A stretch of DNA of 64,000 nucleotides from Deltaproteobacteria bacterium (GCA_029553375.1 JAKPCH010000069.1:2972-66971); one strand, 5' to 3'; positions 1-9,030 are shown, counted from the first letter of the stretch. The notes: generated from the letters alone by a model not told the origin. Numbers and translations are program-made.

Positions 1-590
1 ACGTTCTGGGTGAGACGGAGGATGGGGCCGGCGAAGATGTTCCGCATCCACCACACGAGGAACAACCCGACGGCCATGGTCAGGAGGGTGGCCATGGTGA
101 TCGTGAGGGCCAAGAGGCCGATACGCCTGTAGAAAGGTATAAGGGTCCCGCGGATCAAGAGATAGCCGACGGTCTCTTCCCTCACCCTCACGGGTTCCAC
201 CACCTCGGCGTAGCCCTCGAGCCAGTGGAAATCGCCCGCCCGTTCCTTCGAGACGCGGTCCGGTATCCCCTCGGTGGGACCGAAACGGGAAAAGACCCTG
301 CCGCTGCGGTCGTACAGGACGGCGGCCATGACGTTTTTGTCGGTCTTGAGGAGCGAGAGGGTTTCTCGGGCGTCCTGGGCCGATTCGAACGTCAGGGCGG
401 CCCGGGCGGAATAGCCGATCAGGGCGCTCTGGGCCTGGAGCTGGTGGAGATAGACGTCACGGAAGATGAAGAATTCGACCGTGAAGAGAAAGGTGGACAT
501 GAAACCCACCCCGAAGGTCAGAATAAGAAAGCCCAGGACGATGAGCTTCCGGCCGATGGGCTGGGACTTTATGCGCCTGACGAGGTTCAA
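1..590 (-). CDS. Membrane sensor protein, N-terminal part (CHASE8-like periplasmic region plus start of HAMP); output domain lies beyond window start
   Basis: Absent from the ORF track because it runs off the window. My reverse-complement translation from TTG at 590 gives LNLVRRIKSQPIGRKLIVLGFLILTFGVGFMSTFLF (TM1). About 150 aa of soluble sequence follow, then GLLALTITMATLLTMAVGLFLVWW (TM2) and MRNIFAGPILRLTQNV. The start is preceded by GGGGGTGAGG and lies 16 nt after the stop of the YfiR-like gene. Confidence 0.6.
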   Translation of the reverse strand, partial: MNLVRRIKSQPIGRKLIVLGFLILTFGVGFMSTFLFTVEFFIFRDVYLHQLQAQSALIGYSARAALTFESAQDARETLSLLKTDKNVMAAVLYDRSGRVFSRFGPTEGIPDRVSKERAGDFHWLEGYAEVVEPVRVREETVGYLLIRGTLIPFYRRIGLLALTITMATLLTMAVGLFLVWWMRNIFAGPILRLTQN

Positions 591-606
591 CGCCTCACCC
601 CCTTGC

Positions 607-1149
607 CTACCTTGCCACGATCTCCCCCAGTCTCAGGAGCTGGGAGCTGATGTTCACGCCCTCCCTCTTGGCGGCCTTATTGTTGATTTGAAAGCGGATC
701 TTTCGCTCCCTCACGACGAGGTTTATCATAACCCCTTTTTCGGCGAAACCCTCCGTGTCCCCCATGGTCAGCTTTCCCCTCACCAGGGGGGAATGGAGGA
801 TGTCCGTGATCTGCCAGGCCTCCGAGGGGGCGATGAAGAGGACGTGGCCGTCTCTGAGATCCTTGAGATTTCCTGACCGTACGATCTTGATCGTCCGACC
901 GCCGACGGTCTTTCCCCGCAAGACCTCCAGGTCTTCGCCGAAGGGGTCTCTCCCCAAAACGGCCAAGACCAGCTCGTTCCCCGGTCTCTTGTCCGGGGGC
1001 AGACTGACGAACTTCAAGATGTTGTAGATCACGGCGGCCTTGAGTCGATACTCGGGGACCCTTCTGTCCTCACCGCGGACCGCCGGGACCGACGCCAGGA
1101 TGAAGGCGATGACCAGCGATATCTTGAGAGACCTTCGGAAGTCGACCAT
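607..1149 (-). CDS. YfiR-like periplasmic protein (DUF4154 family)
   Basis: ORF 607..1320 trimmed to ATG 1149 (MVDFRRSLKISLVIAFILASVPAVRG looks like a signal peptide). DUF4154-type motifs are present: LKAAVIYNILKFVSLP, LAVLGRDPFG, HVLFIAPSE, FQINNKAAKREGVNISSQLLRL. The alternative start at 1167 cannot be excluded. Confidence 0.8.
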   Translation of the reverse strand: MVDFRRSLKISLVIAFILASVPAVRGEDRRVPEYRLKAAVIYNILKFVSLPPDKRPGNELVLAVLGRDPFGEDLEVLRGKTVGGRTIKIVRSGNLKDLRDGHVLFIAPSEAWQITDILHSPLVRGKLTMGDTEGFAEKGVMINLVVRERKIRFQINNKAAKREGVNISSQLLRLGEIVAR

Positions 1150-1166
1150 TGATTTACCCGCCCCCA

Positions 1167-3182
1167 TCAGTATCGCCACGTGAGCTTTAGTCTTAACGTG
1201 CGGCCGTCCTGGGCGATGGTTTCCTGGCGATGCTCCGCCGAGGCGGGGTCCTCGTATCGCCTGTTGAAGGCGTCGTAGAGGCTCAACGAGGCCTCGAGGC
1301 GCGGCGCCCAGTTGAGGCAAAGGAGGGTGAGATTGGTGACGAAATAGGCCGCCGCGTCCCGGTCGCGTCCGTTGAGACGACTGTCGACGTAGAGTTCTTC
1401 GAGGGAGAATTGTAAAGCGTCCCGGAAAAGGGGGAACTGAAGGTGGAACTTCACGAGGTGCCGGGGCGAGGCCACGACGGTCTTTTCGGACGTCTTGTCC
1501 TTAGATTCCTGGTAGGTGTAGGCCAGACGGGCGCGGAGGGTCTTTCCCCAACGCTTTTCGACCTCGGCGGAGGCGCCCGTCGTCTCTTGTTTCTCGACGT
1601 TCCTGAAGACGAGGAGACCGTCCCTTTCGTCTTCGATGAGGACGATCAGGTCGTCGATGGCGTTGTGGAACACCGAGGCCGCGACCCTGAGATGGTGAGG
1701 GAACGAGTGTTCCAGGACCGCCTCGTAGGTGCTTATCTTCTCCGCCTTGAGATCGGGACTGGCCTTGGTCGTCTTACCCCCGTCGTTGTAATACAGCTCG
1801 TAGACGTTCGGCGCCCGAAAGGCGGTTCCGTAGAGGATCTTCAAGGAGGTGTCCTTGAGGAAGGAATAGACGAGACCGAGGCGGGGGTTGAAGGTGTTGC
1901 CGAAGGTCCCGTAGCGATCGAAACGGGCCCCCAGAGAGAGGATCAGATCCCGGAAGGGCCTGATATTTCCCGACAGATAGGCGGCCCACTGGTAGGTCCT
2001 TCGGATATCGTCGAGGTTGCTCTGATAGGGATTGTCGTCCCAGTTGTACTGGTCCTGGCGGATGTAGCCGTTGTACTCCATGCCGGCCACCCACTCGTGC
2101 CTGTTCATGACCTTGCCCGTCAATTGGGCCTCGGCTCCCCACCATTCGCCCACGGAGAGATCGCGGTTCGTGTAGCCCGAAAACACGTAGTCCCCCTCGT
2201 AGCGGTAGTGATCGTACCAGAGGCGGGTGGTGAGATTCGCCGCACCCAGGTCGCGGGCGAAGCGCAGATCGACGTAACCACGCTCGTCGGCGCTCTTCGT
2301 GCCGGGTGCCCCGAAGACGGTGTCCCACGGCGCCGTGGGGATGTCTTTTTCCCGCCTCGCCATGGCCCCCTGGAGGTTGAAGGGGCCCCAGGCGGCGTTG
2401 ACGAAGATCTGGCCGCTGGCGTCGGCGTCGTTTCCCCGGACGACGCCGTGATTGTTCGCCTGGTTGTCGAACTCGGGGAAGTACAGTTCGTCCTTGCCGC
2501 GGCGGCGGTATTTGGAGGCCGAGACGACGATTTCCGACCCTTCGCCGATGGGTATCCCCGTTGTCAGGCGGCCCTTGAAGGTATCTTCGGTGCCCGCCTC
2601 CCCCGAGACCTCGAACCTGCCGACTTCCGTCGCCCTCTTGGTCTTGACGTTGATGACGCCGAGGAAGGCGTTCGTCCCGTAGAGGGAGGAACCGGGGCTG
2701 CGGATCACCTCTATGCGGTCGATGAGATCGACATCGACGGGGAAATCGGTGCCGATGCTGGCCTGGTCGTAAACGGCGTCGTTGATACGGTGGCCGTCCA
2801 CCATGAGGAGATAGCGGGTGTTGTAATCCCCCGGCCGTGAAAAGCCCCGGCCCCCCAGGTAGGAGTAGTTGCGGTCGTAACTGACGTAGAAGTCTCGCAC
2901 CCCCGCGAGGATATCCGCCAGGGTTCTGTATCCGAAGGCCCGGATGTCGGCGGAGGTGACGACGGACACGGAGGAGGGGGCCTCGAAGACGGGCTGCCGG
3001 AAGCGGGAGGCCGTCGTGACCGTTTCCACCTCCAGCCTGAGGAGTTCCTCGAGGGGCATCTTGGTAAGATCCCCCGCGGGGACTTTCTCCCCCTCGGCCA
3101 ACCCCGGGCAAGGCGCGAGGGTGAGGGAGAGGAAAAGCAACGCCGGAAAGATGATCCCCCGGTAACGGTCCTTCACAGTCAC
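1167..3182 (-). CDS. TonB-dependent outer-membrane receptor
   Basis: ORF 1167..3611 trimmed to GTG 3182, with GAAGGAGG 5 nt upstream. It has a signal peptide (IIFPALLFLSLTLAPCPGLAEG) and a plug domain (VTSADIRAFGYRTLADILAGVRD, IEVIRSPGSSLYGTNAFLGVINVKTK). A long beta-barrel follows, ending in the aromatic residue of LKLTWRY. Confidence 0.85.
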   Translation of the reverse strand: MTVKDRYRGIIFPALLFLSLTLAPCPGLAEGEKVPAGDLTKMPLEELLRLEVETVTTASRFRQPVFEAPSSVSVVTSADIRAFGYRTLADILAGVRDFYVSYDRNYSYLGGRGFSRPGDYNTRYLLMVDGHRINDAVYDQASIGTDFPVDVDLIDRIEVIRSPGSSLYGTNAFLGVINVKTKRATEVGRFEVSGEAGTEDTFKGRLTTGIPIGEGSEIVVSASKYRRRGKDELYFPEFDNQANNHGVVRGNDADASGQIFVNAAWGPFNLQGAMARREKDIPTAPWDTVFGAPGTKSADERGYVDLRFARDLGAANLTTRLWYDHYRYEGDYVFSGYTNRDLSVGEWWGAEAQLTGKVMNRHEWVAGMEYNGYIRQDQYNWDDNPYQSNLDDIRRTYQWAAYLSGNIRPFRDLILSLGARFDRYGTFGNTFNPRLGLVYSFLKDTSLKILYGTAFRAPNVYELYYNDGGKTTKASPDLKAEKISTYEAVLEHSFPHHLRVAASVFHNAIDDLIVLIEDERDGLLVFRNVEKQETTGASAEVEKRWGKTLRARLAYTYQESKDKTSEKTVVASPRHLVKFHLQFPLFRDALQFSLEELYVDSRLNGRDRDAAAYFVTNLTLLCLNWAPRLEASLSLYDAFNRRYEDPASAEHRQETIAQDGRTLRLKLTWRY

Positions 3183-3193
3183 CAACCCCTCCT

Positions 3194-4570
3194 TCAAAGG
3201 ACGTGGACGGCCTCGCCGCACAAAGCCGCCGCCGCCTCCCAGAAGGCCTCCGACAGGGTGGGGTGGGGATGGACGACCGACGCGGCTTCCCTCGCCGTCA
3301 ACTTGAGGGTCACGACCATCGAAGCGGCGGCGGCGAGTTCCGTGGCGTGGGGTCCCAGGATGTGAACACCCACGATCCGCCCCCCTTCCCCCTCGGCGAC
3401 GACCTTCACGAAACCTTCCGTCTCGTTCAAGATCAGGGCCTTGCCGTTGGCCCGCAGGGGAAAGCGGGCCGTCCGGACATGGCCGTGACGTTCCTTTGCC
3501 GCCTCTTCCGACAGGCCCACGGAGGCGATCTCCGGGTTTGTGTAGACGCAGAGGGGAACGGCCCTCCCCGTCATGGCCTCGTCGCCGCCCAGGGCGTTTG
3601 CGGCGGCGCACGCCCCCTGAGCCAGGCCGGCGTGGGCCAGCATGGGGGGGCCCGTAACGTCACCGGCGGCATAGACACCCCTGACGGGCGTCTCCATCCG
3701 TTCGTCCACGACGATGGCCCCGTCCCTCGTGGGCAAAAAGAGTCTTTCGATCCCCAGACCCTCGTGTGCCGGCCTGCGCCCCACGGCGATGAGGACCTTC
3801 TCGGCCGTGACGGCGACCTCCCCCTCCTTGTCCCTTTCGTAGCGGACAACGGGCCGACCGGCCCGCTCCCCGACCTCCTTCACCATCGCCCCCGTCACGA
3901 CCCTCATGCCGTCGCGGACGAGGCACCTCTGGAAGAGGGACGATAGATCGCTATCCAGTCCCGCCAGGAGGCTGGGCAGCCCCTCGATGATCGTCGTCTC
4001 CACGCCGAGACCGTGGAAGAACTGGGCGAACTCGACGCCGACGACGCCGCCGCCGATGACGATGACGCTTTGGGGGAGACGGTCCAGGGCCAGGGCCGCG
4101 TCGCTGTCCATGACGGCGCCCCCTATGGAGCCCGGGGTGGGAAGGCGGCCCGGGACGGACCCCGTCGCGATGACGATCCGCTCCCCACAGATGATTTCAC
4201 CCGTCTCGACGATTTCGACGGACCGCTCGTCCCGGAGGGTTGCCGTACCCCCGACGAGCTTGACGCCGCCGGCCTTGACGAGGGCCCCCAGACCCCTGGC
4301 GAGGCGTTTGACGACATCGTCCTTGCGCCTCATGACGGCCCCCAGATCGATCCCCTCGAAGGAGGCCTTGATCCCGAAGGTCCCGGCGCGTCTTATCTCC
4401 CTGACGGCCTCCGCCGTCCGGAGGAGACACTTGGTGGGTATGCAGCCCCTGTTCAGACAGGTCCCCCCCAGGGCGTCCTTTTCGATGAGGGTCACCTGGC
4501 CCCCCAGGCGGGCCGCCCGGAGGGCCGCCGCGTACCCCGCCACGCCCCCGCCGATGACGATGAGCTTCAT
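3194..4570 (-). CDS. lpdA: Dihydrolipoyl dehydrogenase (pyridine nucleotide-disulfide oxidoreductase, class I)
   Basis: ORF 3194..5395 trimmed to ATG 4570 (MKLIVIGGGVAGYAAA is the FAD GxGxxG). Also present are the redox-active disulfide GGTCLNRGCIPTK, a second Rossmann motif VIGGGVVGVEFA and the C-terminal HPHPTLSE. There is an ATGA overlap with the upstream gene's stop. Confidence 0.85.
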   Translation of the reverse strand: MKLIVIGGGVAGYAAALRAARLGGQVTLIEKDALGGTCLNRGCIPTKCLLRTAEAVREIRRAGTFGIKASFEGIDLGAVMRRKDDVVKRLARGLGALVKAGGVKLVGGTATLRDERSVEIVETGEIICGERIVIATGSVPGRLPTPGSIGGAVMDSDAALALDRLPQSVIVIGGGVVGVEFAQFFHGLGVETTIIEGLPSLLAGLDSDLSSLFQRCLVRDGMRVVTGAMVKEVGERAGRPVVRYERDKEGEVAVTAEKVLIAVGRRPAHEGLGIERLFLPTRDGAIVVDERMETPVRGVYAAGDVTGPPMLAHAGLAQGACAAANALGGDEAMTGRAVPLCVYTNPEIASVGLSEEAAKERHGHVRTARFPLRANGKALILNETEGFVKVVAEGEGGRIVGVHILGPHATELAAAASMVVTLKLTAREAASVVHPHPTLSEAFWEAAAALCGEAVHVL

Positions 4571-6714
4571 GACCAAAGACCCCAGCGACGGATGACGAAC
4601 AGGATCGCCAAGATCAAAAGGACCACGAAGAGCAGGATCTTGAGCCAGGGGATCTTCTTGTCCGCGAAGGGGTCCTCCAGGGAGGTCAGGGAGCCCTTGG
4701 GGAGGGAGGCGGTCTTGGTGAGGGAGGCCCCGAAGGTGACGTTGATCTTCACGCGGGAGTTGATGGCCCAGCCGCAGGCGTCGAGGATGGGGCCGAGGTT
4801 GCGCTGGCGCAGCTTGAGCCAGGCCATGACCATGGCCGGCCCGGAGATGAGGAGCACGACGGCGGCGAGGGCCAGGGGCATCTGCCACCAGCTGAGGCGG
4901 AAGAACCCCGTGACGACGGAGGTGACGGCCGTGCCGATGGCTCCGAAGGCGAGGCCGATGGCGGCGAAGACGCCGGCGAACTTGGCGATGTCGAAGGGAG
5001 GCGCGGCAGGGGGCTTGGCCGCCTCCATCTTCGGCGCCGCCTCGACCTTCTGGGCGGCCTGTTCCATGACGGCCCGGTCCCGGGCGGCCGCCCTCTTGGC
5101 GATCATTTCCTGGATCATCTTCGTCAGGCGCTTGTAGGGGCTCCAGAAGGCCTGCCGGATACTGATGGGGTGCTCGATGATCTTGACGATCGTCGCGTCC
5201 CAGTCCTTTCCCTCGCGGTCGTAGAAGACGCCGTTCCTCCCTACCATGAGGTAGTCGGAATCTCCGGCCGTGAAGGCGGCGGCGATGGTCATCCGCTCCT
5301 CTCCCCCCCGGCGCTTGCATTCGCAGTAGGCGAGGTAGATGCGGCTCAGGGCGGCCAGGGTGCCGTGGGCGGCCATGTCCTCGACCTTGACGCACAGTTC
5401 GCAGCCGCGGCCGTCGAGGTAGAGGGTCCCGGCCTGGAAGACGGCTTTTTTCTTGCGGGTGTAGAAGTCGCTGAAGGAGACGAAGTTGTTCAGGAGCGTC
5501 AGGAGGTCGCGGTGATAGCGGGCGAGGCGGTCCAAAAGGACGAGGGCGTCGAATTCCCCGGCCCGCTCTTGGTCCCTTGCGATGAGGGATGCGAGGTAAG
5601 ACCTGTTCTCCTCGACGGCGATCTGCTGCAGTCGCTCCTTGCCGAGGGGCTCGACGAGGGCGCCCCCCTTGCGGGAGAGCCAGTCGCGGTAGGGACCGAG
5701 CTTGTCCTTCAGAAGGCGCCAGTCTCCTTCCCCCAAGACCTTGGCGTCGCCGAGGAGGGGCCGGACCGCCTTCTGCCGGAAGTTCTCCATGGCATCGCGC
5801 CAGGCCGGGTTGAGGGAGGCGTCGAGGGGCAAAAGACCGTCGGGGTTTACGGCGGCCAGGGGCAGGGAGGCGGCCTCCGGGAGGGACACCGAGAGGTTCT
5901 TGTCGGCCAGGCTGAGGTATTCCTGTTCCTGCCCCTTGAGGATCTCCAGGGCCCGACTATCGAAGGCCGCCAGGCGACAGCGGGCGAAAAAGTCGTCGAT
6001 CTTCTCCTCCACCGCGGCAAGGGCGGCGGCCGCCGCGGCCGTGTCATCGCCCAGGGTCAGCAAGTCCGCGGCCTTCTCTTCCCCTTCCTGGAGCCAGGCG
6101 AGATAGGCGGCGGCCTCGGCGAAGAACAGTGCGAGCTTTTCCCCCGAGATGCCCGGTTTGCCGCTCCGGTCCGTCTCGCCGCCCACGGCGGAGATGATGT
6201 CCCCGACGACGGCCTTCATCTGAGGCCCGTCGCAGGCCTCTTCCGTAATGATCCCGTCGCCGTTGAATGGCTCTTGGGAGAGGACCGCCTCCGCTGCGGA
6301 CGTGTCGGCGACGCTGATGAAGGCCTCTCCCCCCCGGCCCCGGTTTTCGAGGATCCGCCGGGCGGCGTTCAAGATCAAGGCGCCCTCGGGGTGCTCCTCG
6401 TTGATGGCCGCCAGGGGAAGGGCGTCGTTGCCCTTGGTCAGCTCGTCGGGGTCCTTGAGGAGCTCGCAGGCCCACCGCACCGCCGCGAGGATTTCGGGAA
6501 CCCGTATGCGGCCGTCCCCGTCCGTATCGATGAGGGAGGCCGTCTTGGGATCGAACTCGATACCCGTCACGGGACAGCTGAGGGCCACCCAGAGCTTCTG
6601 GTCGAGGAGGGGCAGATGCAGCAGGTCCTCCCCCGAGGCGATCCTCACCTGGTCGAAGCCGCCCGCCCGGAAGAACTTCCAGCGGTGGCCGCTGTTCGTC
6701 TTCTCATTCTTCAT
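4567..6714 (-). CDS. Large EF-hand-containing, C-terminally membrane-anchored protein of unknown function
   Basis: 715-aa ORF. It carries a canonical 12-residue EF-hand loop, DTDGDGRIRVPE (aa 63-74, nt 6493-6528). About 560 aa are soluble, followed by an Ala/Pro-rich linker. Three C-terminal hydrophobic helices follow (FAGVFAAIGLAFGAIGTAVTSVV, MPLALAAVVLLISGPAMVMAW, WLKILLFVVLLILAILFVI). I recognise no characterised family. Confidence 0.75.
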   Translation of the reverse strand: MKNEKTNSGHRWKFFRAGGFDQVRIASGEDLLHLPLLDQKLWVALSCPVTGIEFDPKTASLIDTDGDGRIRVPEILAAVRWACELLKDPDELTKGNDALPLAAINEEHPEGALILNAARRILENRGRGGEAFISVADTSAAEAVLSQEPFNGDGIITEEACDGPQMKAVVGDIISAVGGETDRSGKPGISGEKLALFFAEAAAYLAWLQEGEEKAADLLTLGDDTAAAAAALAAVEEKIDDFFARCRLAAFDSRALEILKGQEQEYLSLADKNLSVSLPEAASLPLAAVNPDGLLPLDASLNPAWRDAMENFRQKAVRPLLGDAKVLGEGDWRLLKDKLGPYRDWLSRKGGALVEPLGKERLQQIAVEENRSYLASLIARDQERAGEFDALVLLDRLARYHRDLLTLLNNFVSFSDFYTRKKKAVFQAGTLYLDGRGCELCVKVEDMAAHGTLAALSRIYLAYCECKRRGGEERMTIAAAFTAGDSDYLMVGRNGVFYDREGKDWDATIVKIIEHPISIRQAFWSPYKRLTKMIQEMIAKRAAARDRAVMEQAAQKVEAAPKMEAAKPPAAPPFDIAKFAGVFAAIGLAFGAIGTAVTSVVTGFFRLSWWQMPLALAAVVLLISGPAMVMAWLKLRQRNLGPILDACGWAINSRVKINVTFGASLTKTASLPKGSLTSLEDPFADKKIPWLKILLFVVLLILAILFVIRRWGLWS

Positions 6715-7141
6715 CGTTTCGTCCCTCCTTCAACGTCGTCCTTTCCTTGATGTAGGCCAGGCCCTGGAAGAGGGCCACCTTCTCGCCGAGGTCGTCCCGG
6801 ACCTCCACATGGTACGTGGCGGTCCTGCGCCCCCGGGAGGTTTCGACGGCCTCGGCGAGGAGAACCGCGCCGCGCGACGCCGTGACGAAAGAAACGGAGG
6901 CGTTGAGGGCCACGGCGGTCCGGCCGTGGGAGTTCGCCGCCGCGGCGAAGGCGATGTCGGCCAGGGTGAAGATGGCGCCGCCGTGGATGATGCCCACGCC
7001 GTTGCGGTGCCTCTCCTCGACGACGAGGCGGGTCCTGGCCCGCCCCGGCCCGATCTCGAGGAGCTCGACGCCGACGAAACGGGCGAAAAGGTCCTTGCCG
7101 AGGAGTTCCCAGGCCCGGGGGAAATCGAGGGGCTTCTCCAT
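6704..7141 (-). CDS. PaaI/YdiI-type hotdog-fold acyl-CoA thioesterase
   Basis: ORF 6704..7498 trimmed to ATG 7141 (MEKPLDFPRAWELLG). The signature GIIHGGAIFTLADIAFAAAA is present. Its 3' end overlaps the next gene's start by 11 nt, and it begins 1 nt after the upstream stop. Confidence 0.8.
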   Translation of the reverse strand: MEKPLDFPRAWELLGKDLFARFVGVELLEIGPGRARTRLVVEERHRNGVGIIHGGAIFTLADIAFAAAANSHGRTAVALNASVSFVTASRGAVLLAEAVETSRGRRTATYHVEVRDDLGEKVALFQGLAYIKERTTLKEGRNDEE

Positions 7142-7142
7142 G

Positions 7143-7997
7143 TCAGTCCCCCGGCGCCGGGATGCCCGCCTCGCAGGGGACCCCGGTCTGGCAGAGACCG
7201 CAGCCGTAGCTGGCGAAACCATAACGCGCCTCCGCGTTGGGGGCCGCCGTCTCGAAGAGATACCGACGGCACTTTTCCTTGTCGTGACCGTCGTCCGTGA
7301 CGGCGCCGACGGGGCAGCGCGCGGCGCACTTCCGGCACTTCTCCCCGCTGTAAAACAGACAGTACTGGCGGCAGGAGGTGTAGGGGCGCGGCGTCGGCTC
7401 GACGGCGAGGGCGGCGACGACGGAGCCGCAGCGCATGGCCTTGCCCCGGCGGGTGATGAGGCCGTCACATAGGCCGAAGGTGCCCAGACCGGAGACATAG
7501 GCGGCGTGCCGTTCCGACCAGTTGGAGGCGAAACCGTATTTCTCGGCCTCCTGCCACGCCCAGAGAGGCGAGAGGGTCGGCGCGACGGCCATGATGCCCC
7601 GCGCGGCGAGGAGGGAGACGACGTGTCTCGCCAGGGCGTGATTACAGTCCTCGCCGAAGTTCCGCGCCCGGGACCAGCGTTCCGCGGGGAGATCCTTCTG
7701 CGCGGCGTTGTCCGACCGCGTGGCCGCCGTATGGGGCAGGACCCAGCTGATCACCGTAAGCCTCCCCGGGGCCAAGGCGACGCCGGGGAAGGTGAGGGAC
7801 ATGATCTCCTCAGGTGTCCAGTAGAAGGGCCCGATATCCTCCTTGAAAAAGGGGTACAGGGGGTCGTCGCCCCGGGAAAAGCCCACGAGGGGCTGATCCC
7901 AGGCCCTTTCGTTTTCTTCGTTCCGGAGGGAGTTTTCCGGGGAGGAGGCGATGAATTCCGTGATGATGTTCTCGAGCCACGACGCGTCGCTCCTCAT
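7143..7997 (-). CDS. 4Fe-4S protein related to epoxyqueuosine reductase (QueG) / reductive-dehalogenase-like family
   Basis: ORF 7143..8048 trimmed to ATG 7997 (MRSDASWLENI), with GGAGG upstream. The Cys clusters CRQYCLFYSGEKCRKCAARCP and YGCGLCQTGVPC fit a double-cluster ferredoxin domain. Family assignment is by motif only. Confidence 0.65.
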   Translation of the reverse strand: MRSDASWLENIITEFIASSPENSLRNEENERAWDQPLVGFSRGDDPLYPFFKEDIGPFYWTPEEIMSLTFPGVALAPGRLTVISWVLPHTAATRSDNAAQKDLPAERWSRARNFGEDCNHALARHVVSLLAARGIMAVAPTLSPLWAWQEAEKYGFASNWSERHAAYVSGLGTFGLCDGLITRRGKAMRCGSVVAALAVEPTPRPYTSCRQYCLFYSGEKCRKCAARCPVGAVTDDGHDKEKCRRYLFETAAPNAEARYGFASYGCGLCQTGVPCEAGIPAPGD

Positions 7998-7998
7998 C

Positions 7999-8892
7999 TC
8001 ACCGCCTCCGTTCGAAGAGGCCGTCTTCGTTGACGAAGACCTCGCCACGCCCCTGGAGCGCCTCGAGGTGCTTCTTCATGATGGCCCTCTCTCCGAACTC
8101 GAAGAAGGCCTTCGGTTCCCGCGCCTTGCCGTAGACGATCCCGGCCCGGACGATGTCTTCCAGGGAGTGCGGGGTTTTCAGGAACTCCAGGAGTTTTTCC
8201 TCCCGGGTGAAGATCACCCGGCGGTAGCGTTGCCAGTCCTCCGGTTCCGGGGGCGCGAAGACCCCCCGCTCGTGTCCCGTGAGAAAGACGCGGGCCTCCA
8301 TGGAGGCGAGTTTATCCAGACTCTCCAGGGTCTGGGAGATGGAGGAGTGCCGGTCGCCGTACCAGGGCCCGAAGGGGGTAAGGTCGTAGTCCCCCATGAA
8401 GACCACCCCCAGCTCGGGGAAGTGGAAGGCCAGGTGGCCCGGCGTGTGGCCGGGCGTGGGGATGATTTCCACCCCAAGACCGCCGGGGAGGAGAGAGGGG
8501 CCGGCCTGGAGGAAACCCGCCACGGGGCGGGGCCGGTAATGGAACGTCTCTACGATGGCCCGCCGCCAGTAGTCCCGGTGATCGCCCTCCAGGCCGTACC
8601 AGTCCAGCAGGACCTCGACGTCGGTGAAGGGCGGTTGATCCTCCGGGGCGATGAAGAGGGGCAAATCATCGAAGAGCTCGAGATAGGTGAAGTGGTCCTC
8701 GTGCCAGTGGCTGAGCCAGACGGCCTTCACCTCCTCGGTGTTCCGGATCTCCCGCAGACGTTCAAAATTGCTCGCCGGGTCGATGATTATCCCGGGCCCT
8801 TCAAGGAAGAGGCTGTGACAATATGGGTATTTGCCTCCCCTGTTTCCCGGGATGAACCAGACGGGGCCGAAATGCCTTTCCCCTTCGATCAT
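7999..8892 (-). CDS. MBL-fold metallo-hydrolase
   Basis: 297-aa ORF with the HxHxDH motif (SHWHEDH) and a later TPGHTPGH. It is the first gene of the minus-strand operon. Confidence 0.8.
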   Translation of the reverse strand: MIEGERHFGPVWFIPGNRGGKYPYCHSLFLEGPGIIIDPASNFERLREIRNTEEVKAVWLSHWHEDHFTYLELFDDLPLFIAPEDQPPFTDVEVLLDWYGLEGDHRDYWRRAIVETFHYRPRPVAGFLQAGPSLLPGGLGVEIIPTPGHTPGHLAFHFPELGVVFMGDYDLTPFGPWYGDRHSSISQTLESLDKLASMEARVFLTGHERGVFAPPEPEDWQRYRRVIFTREEKLLEFLKTPHSLEDIVRAGIVYGKAREPKAFFEFGERAIMKKHLEALQGRGEVFVNEDGLFERRR

Positions 8893-8962
8893 TGATAATG
8901 AGCCTCTGTTAATTGTGCATATATGAAGGGTAGGGACCTGTCAAGGTCATTGCGGTTCTTTC

Positions 8963-8992
8963 TTGACCATCAAGGGGCATATGACCTATAGT
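8963..8992 (+). promoter_or_regulatory. Sigma70-like promoter candidate for adk
   Basis: TTGACC (8963-8968), an 18-nt spacer and TATAGT (8987-8992), located 39 nt before the adk ATG. GGGAGG is present as RBS. Confidence 0.35.
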
Positions 8993-9030
8993 CGCCGGCC
9001 TGACGGAAAAGAACAAAAGGGAGGTTTTAT

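Noticed and set aside
3194-5395. Long N-terminal extensions offered by the ORF track, for example 733 aa for Lpd, 814 aa for the TonB receptor and 496 aa for PFK
   Set aside because: The extensions are Arg/Gly/Pro-rich and overlap the upstream gene. Internal starts with an SD, and the conserved N-terminal motifs (GxGxxG, signal peptide), fit the known family lengths.
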